Assembly (NCBI GenBank): GCA_030704615.1
Contig: CM060731.1
Location: 82,274,001 to 82,338,000, forward strand
Direction: 5' to 3'
From: Takakia lepidozioides
Lineage: Eukaryota; Plantae; Bryophyta
Length of the DNA: 64,000 nucleotides
The number at the start of each line of letters is the position of its first letter. Positions within the stretch are counted from its first letter, which is position 1. The translations under genes were made by a program, and so were the position numbers. Below, one piece after another: positions 62,032-64,000 of the stretch. The notes beneath the pieces were generated by a model. The model was not told where the DNA came from and did not search any database. It saw only the letters and a program-made list of their open reading frames with translations.

Positions 62032-64000
62032 AGAGAGGCTTTGGCAACTACAAGTACAAAGTAATGAAAATAGTAAAGAGAAGGAGGGGAAGAATAGAGG
62101 CCCGACCAAGCAAGATCTAATCCTGATCTATGCTATCAACTGCCAGACTTCTCTCAAAGTGCCTCGCTCTGCATGATGGTAAGGTGTAGGAGGTATATCT
62201 ATGTCCAGAAACCTGCTACTAACCTTATCCCAAGCTACAGTAGCTCGCTCTAACCAACCCTCCTCCTCTTTCTGCCAGGTAGAGACAAAGCAATACTTCC
62301 CTATCTCCCGCTCACTGAATACTAAAGAAAATAAAGGTAGGGTCCGACAGTCTCTCAACTCGAAAGCTTTGAGACGGTTGCGAGTGTCCTCATTGCGAAT
62401 GACTGCATCTCCTTCAAGCAGAACAAACTTGTCATTGCTAATGAACCCCCGCTTGGGGGGCGATTGCACTGCGCAACACCTTCACCTTACTCTCAATGAG
62501 GCTAGACGTAGAGATGGAAGAGGAGAACCACCGAATGGAGCTGCAGAGAACCAGGAAGCAAGTGGGAGGAGCAGGAGTGCCCACAGCCTCTTCTTCATCA
62601 GTCGACTCAGTATCAGGAGGAGCTGGAATGGCTTCATCACCAGCCCCCTTACATCTGGGGATCCAGTCGAAAGGCAAGGGAAAAGCCTCTCCACCGAAGA
62701 TCCAGCCGCACTTGCGCATGAAAAGCCTGGTAATCATACCTAAATTTCAGATGCCAGGCTGCATAGCCCTTAATGTGCAGGTCCAGAAGCATCAAAACAC
62801 CCTGGACTCATTCAATTCCAGCCACATTTCCAGGGTGAAGACATAGCCGCCAATGCACATGGCAATTAGGCCTGGAATCAGGCTGCAAAGCCTTCATTAC
62901 GCTTCTCCATAAGCATCAAACGCCATGAATTCATGCATCAGGAGCACTTAGCCGTCACCATCCACTTCAACACTACTTCCACAAGCAGAGGCCGAAGCAG
63001 CAATTCACAAGCTGATGGGCACCGACAACGTTGAAAGCCTGCGTCACACTTCTCCCCTACTATTCCTTCCTAATTGTCACCATGTCTCCCTTGAACACCA
63101 CGATACAGACTCAAAATTTTATGGTAAGCCTCGGTGGTGAGAAGTCAAACTGCTCAGATGCTGAACTTGATGTCGATCACTTGCCCTTCATGAATCGTCT
63201 TGCAGCACTCCCTCTCTTCAAAGCTGTGAAACAATCACTGCATCGCCCTATCTTGATTAATTACAAGTCTAAACTGCAATCAAAAGACTTTAGTAGGAAA
63301 CACATTGCCCGCTTCTGATCGTCATAAACGGATTGCTTTGCTCGGCCCTCATGACCACCACTAATCAACTGTAGCCGTGGCCCTCAATCTGGTAGTTGCA
63401 TAAGATATCACACTGCGAAGTCATCAACCTAATTCCTGCCCATCATCTGGCAGCAAGCTGCTTCTCCCACCAGCCCTGCCTTGTACAATCATGATCATGA
63501 GTGCCAATGACGGCACAGTATCTATAGCCGCACCCCACCAAGCTGTTTTCCCCCGTGAGTTCATAAATTGCTAAGTGGTGATCACAAGGAGAGCGGCAGC
63601 TCCGCCTCTCCTCATAGGCTCAAATCATCACAAAGCAAACAGATGGCACCGTCTCACCCCACCTGCACTTGCACAACATACCAAGTCCTTCCCCCGTGAG
63701 CTGATCTTTCAGAAATAGATCATCAAAAGGCGGCACCGCTTCCCTGTAATCGCAGCTGCACACCCTTCCAAGCATTGCTCCTCCTCTGTCAGCCGCACCT
63801 CATGCCACGCCATGCTCCTCAATCGATATACCTCAATGCATGCATGCCAAGCTCCCTGCTGCACACTCTTCACTGCTCCTCACCTTCTTTCGACAAATCG
63901 CTTTTCTCACTTTTAAAACAAAAAACCACAAGTGCTAAAACTAAACTCACCTCTGGCACTCACAGATGCTAGATGATCTCTCTCGAGTGATAAGAAACTA

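Noticed and set aside
62100-64000. Protein-coding gene or 5' LTR of the DNMT/PHD element
   Set aside because: Short broken ORFs without recognisable motifs, and no match to the 85-bp LTR.

Overview
Eukaryotic nuclear DNA from a land plant, probably a non-seed lineage (bryophyte or lycophyte) judging by its TE content. There is one 500-N scaffold gap at 2675-3174. Host genes: (i) two convergent, diverged copies of the arbuscular-mycorrhizal half-ABCG transporter STR2, a 3' part at 1-657 (+) and a complete 3-exon gene at 19095-22003 (-); (ii) an F-box gene; (iii) a multi-exon MAD3/BUB1-family checkpoint gene with KEN boxes, TPR, GLEBS-like and CD1-like motifs and many ABBA-like repeats, but no visible kinase; (iv) an intact zinc-knuckle plus retroviral-type aspartic protease ORF. 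Most of the rest is transposons. A complete 7.1-kb Mutator-like element (9-bp TSD) carries a divergent second gene and a regularly spaced array of 12 copies of a 24-bp palindrome. One Ty3/gypsy element has an extra 5' ORF, a dUTPase-like domain and an internal 1-kb inversion. Also present are a Tcn1-like chromovirus, a Penelope-like RT, LINE remnants, SINEs, MITEs and a foldback element. The most unusual item is a Ty3/gypsy element with the start of a C5 DNA-methyltransferase domain after the protease, a PHD finger after the integrase, and an LTR of only about 85 bp. All calls come from motif recognition by eye; no searches were run.
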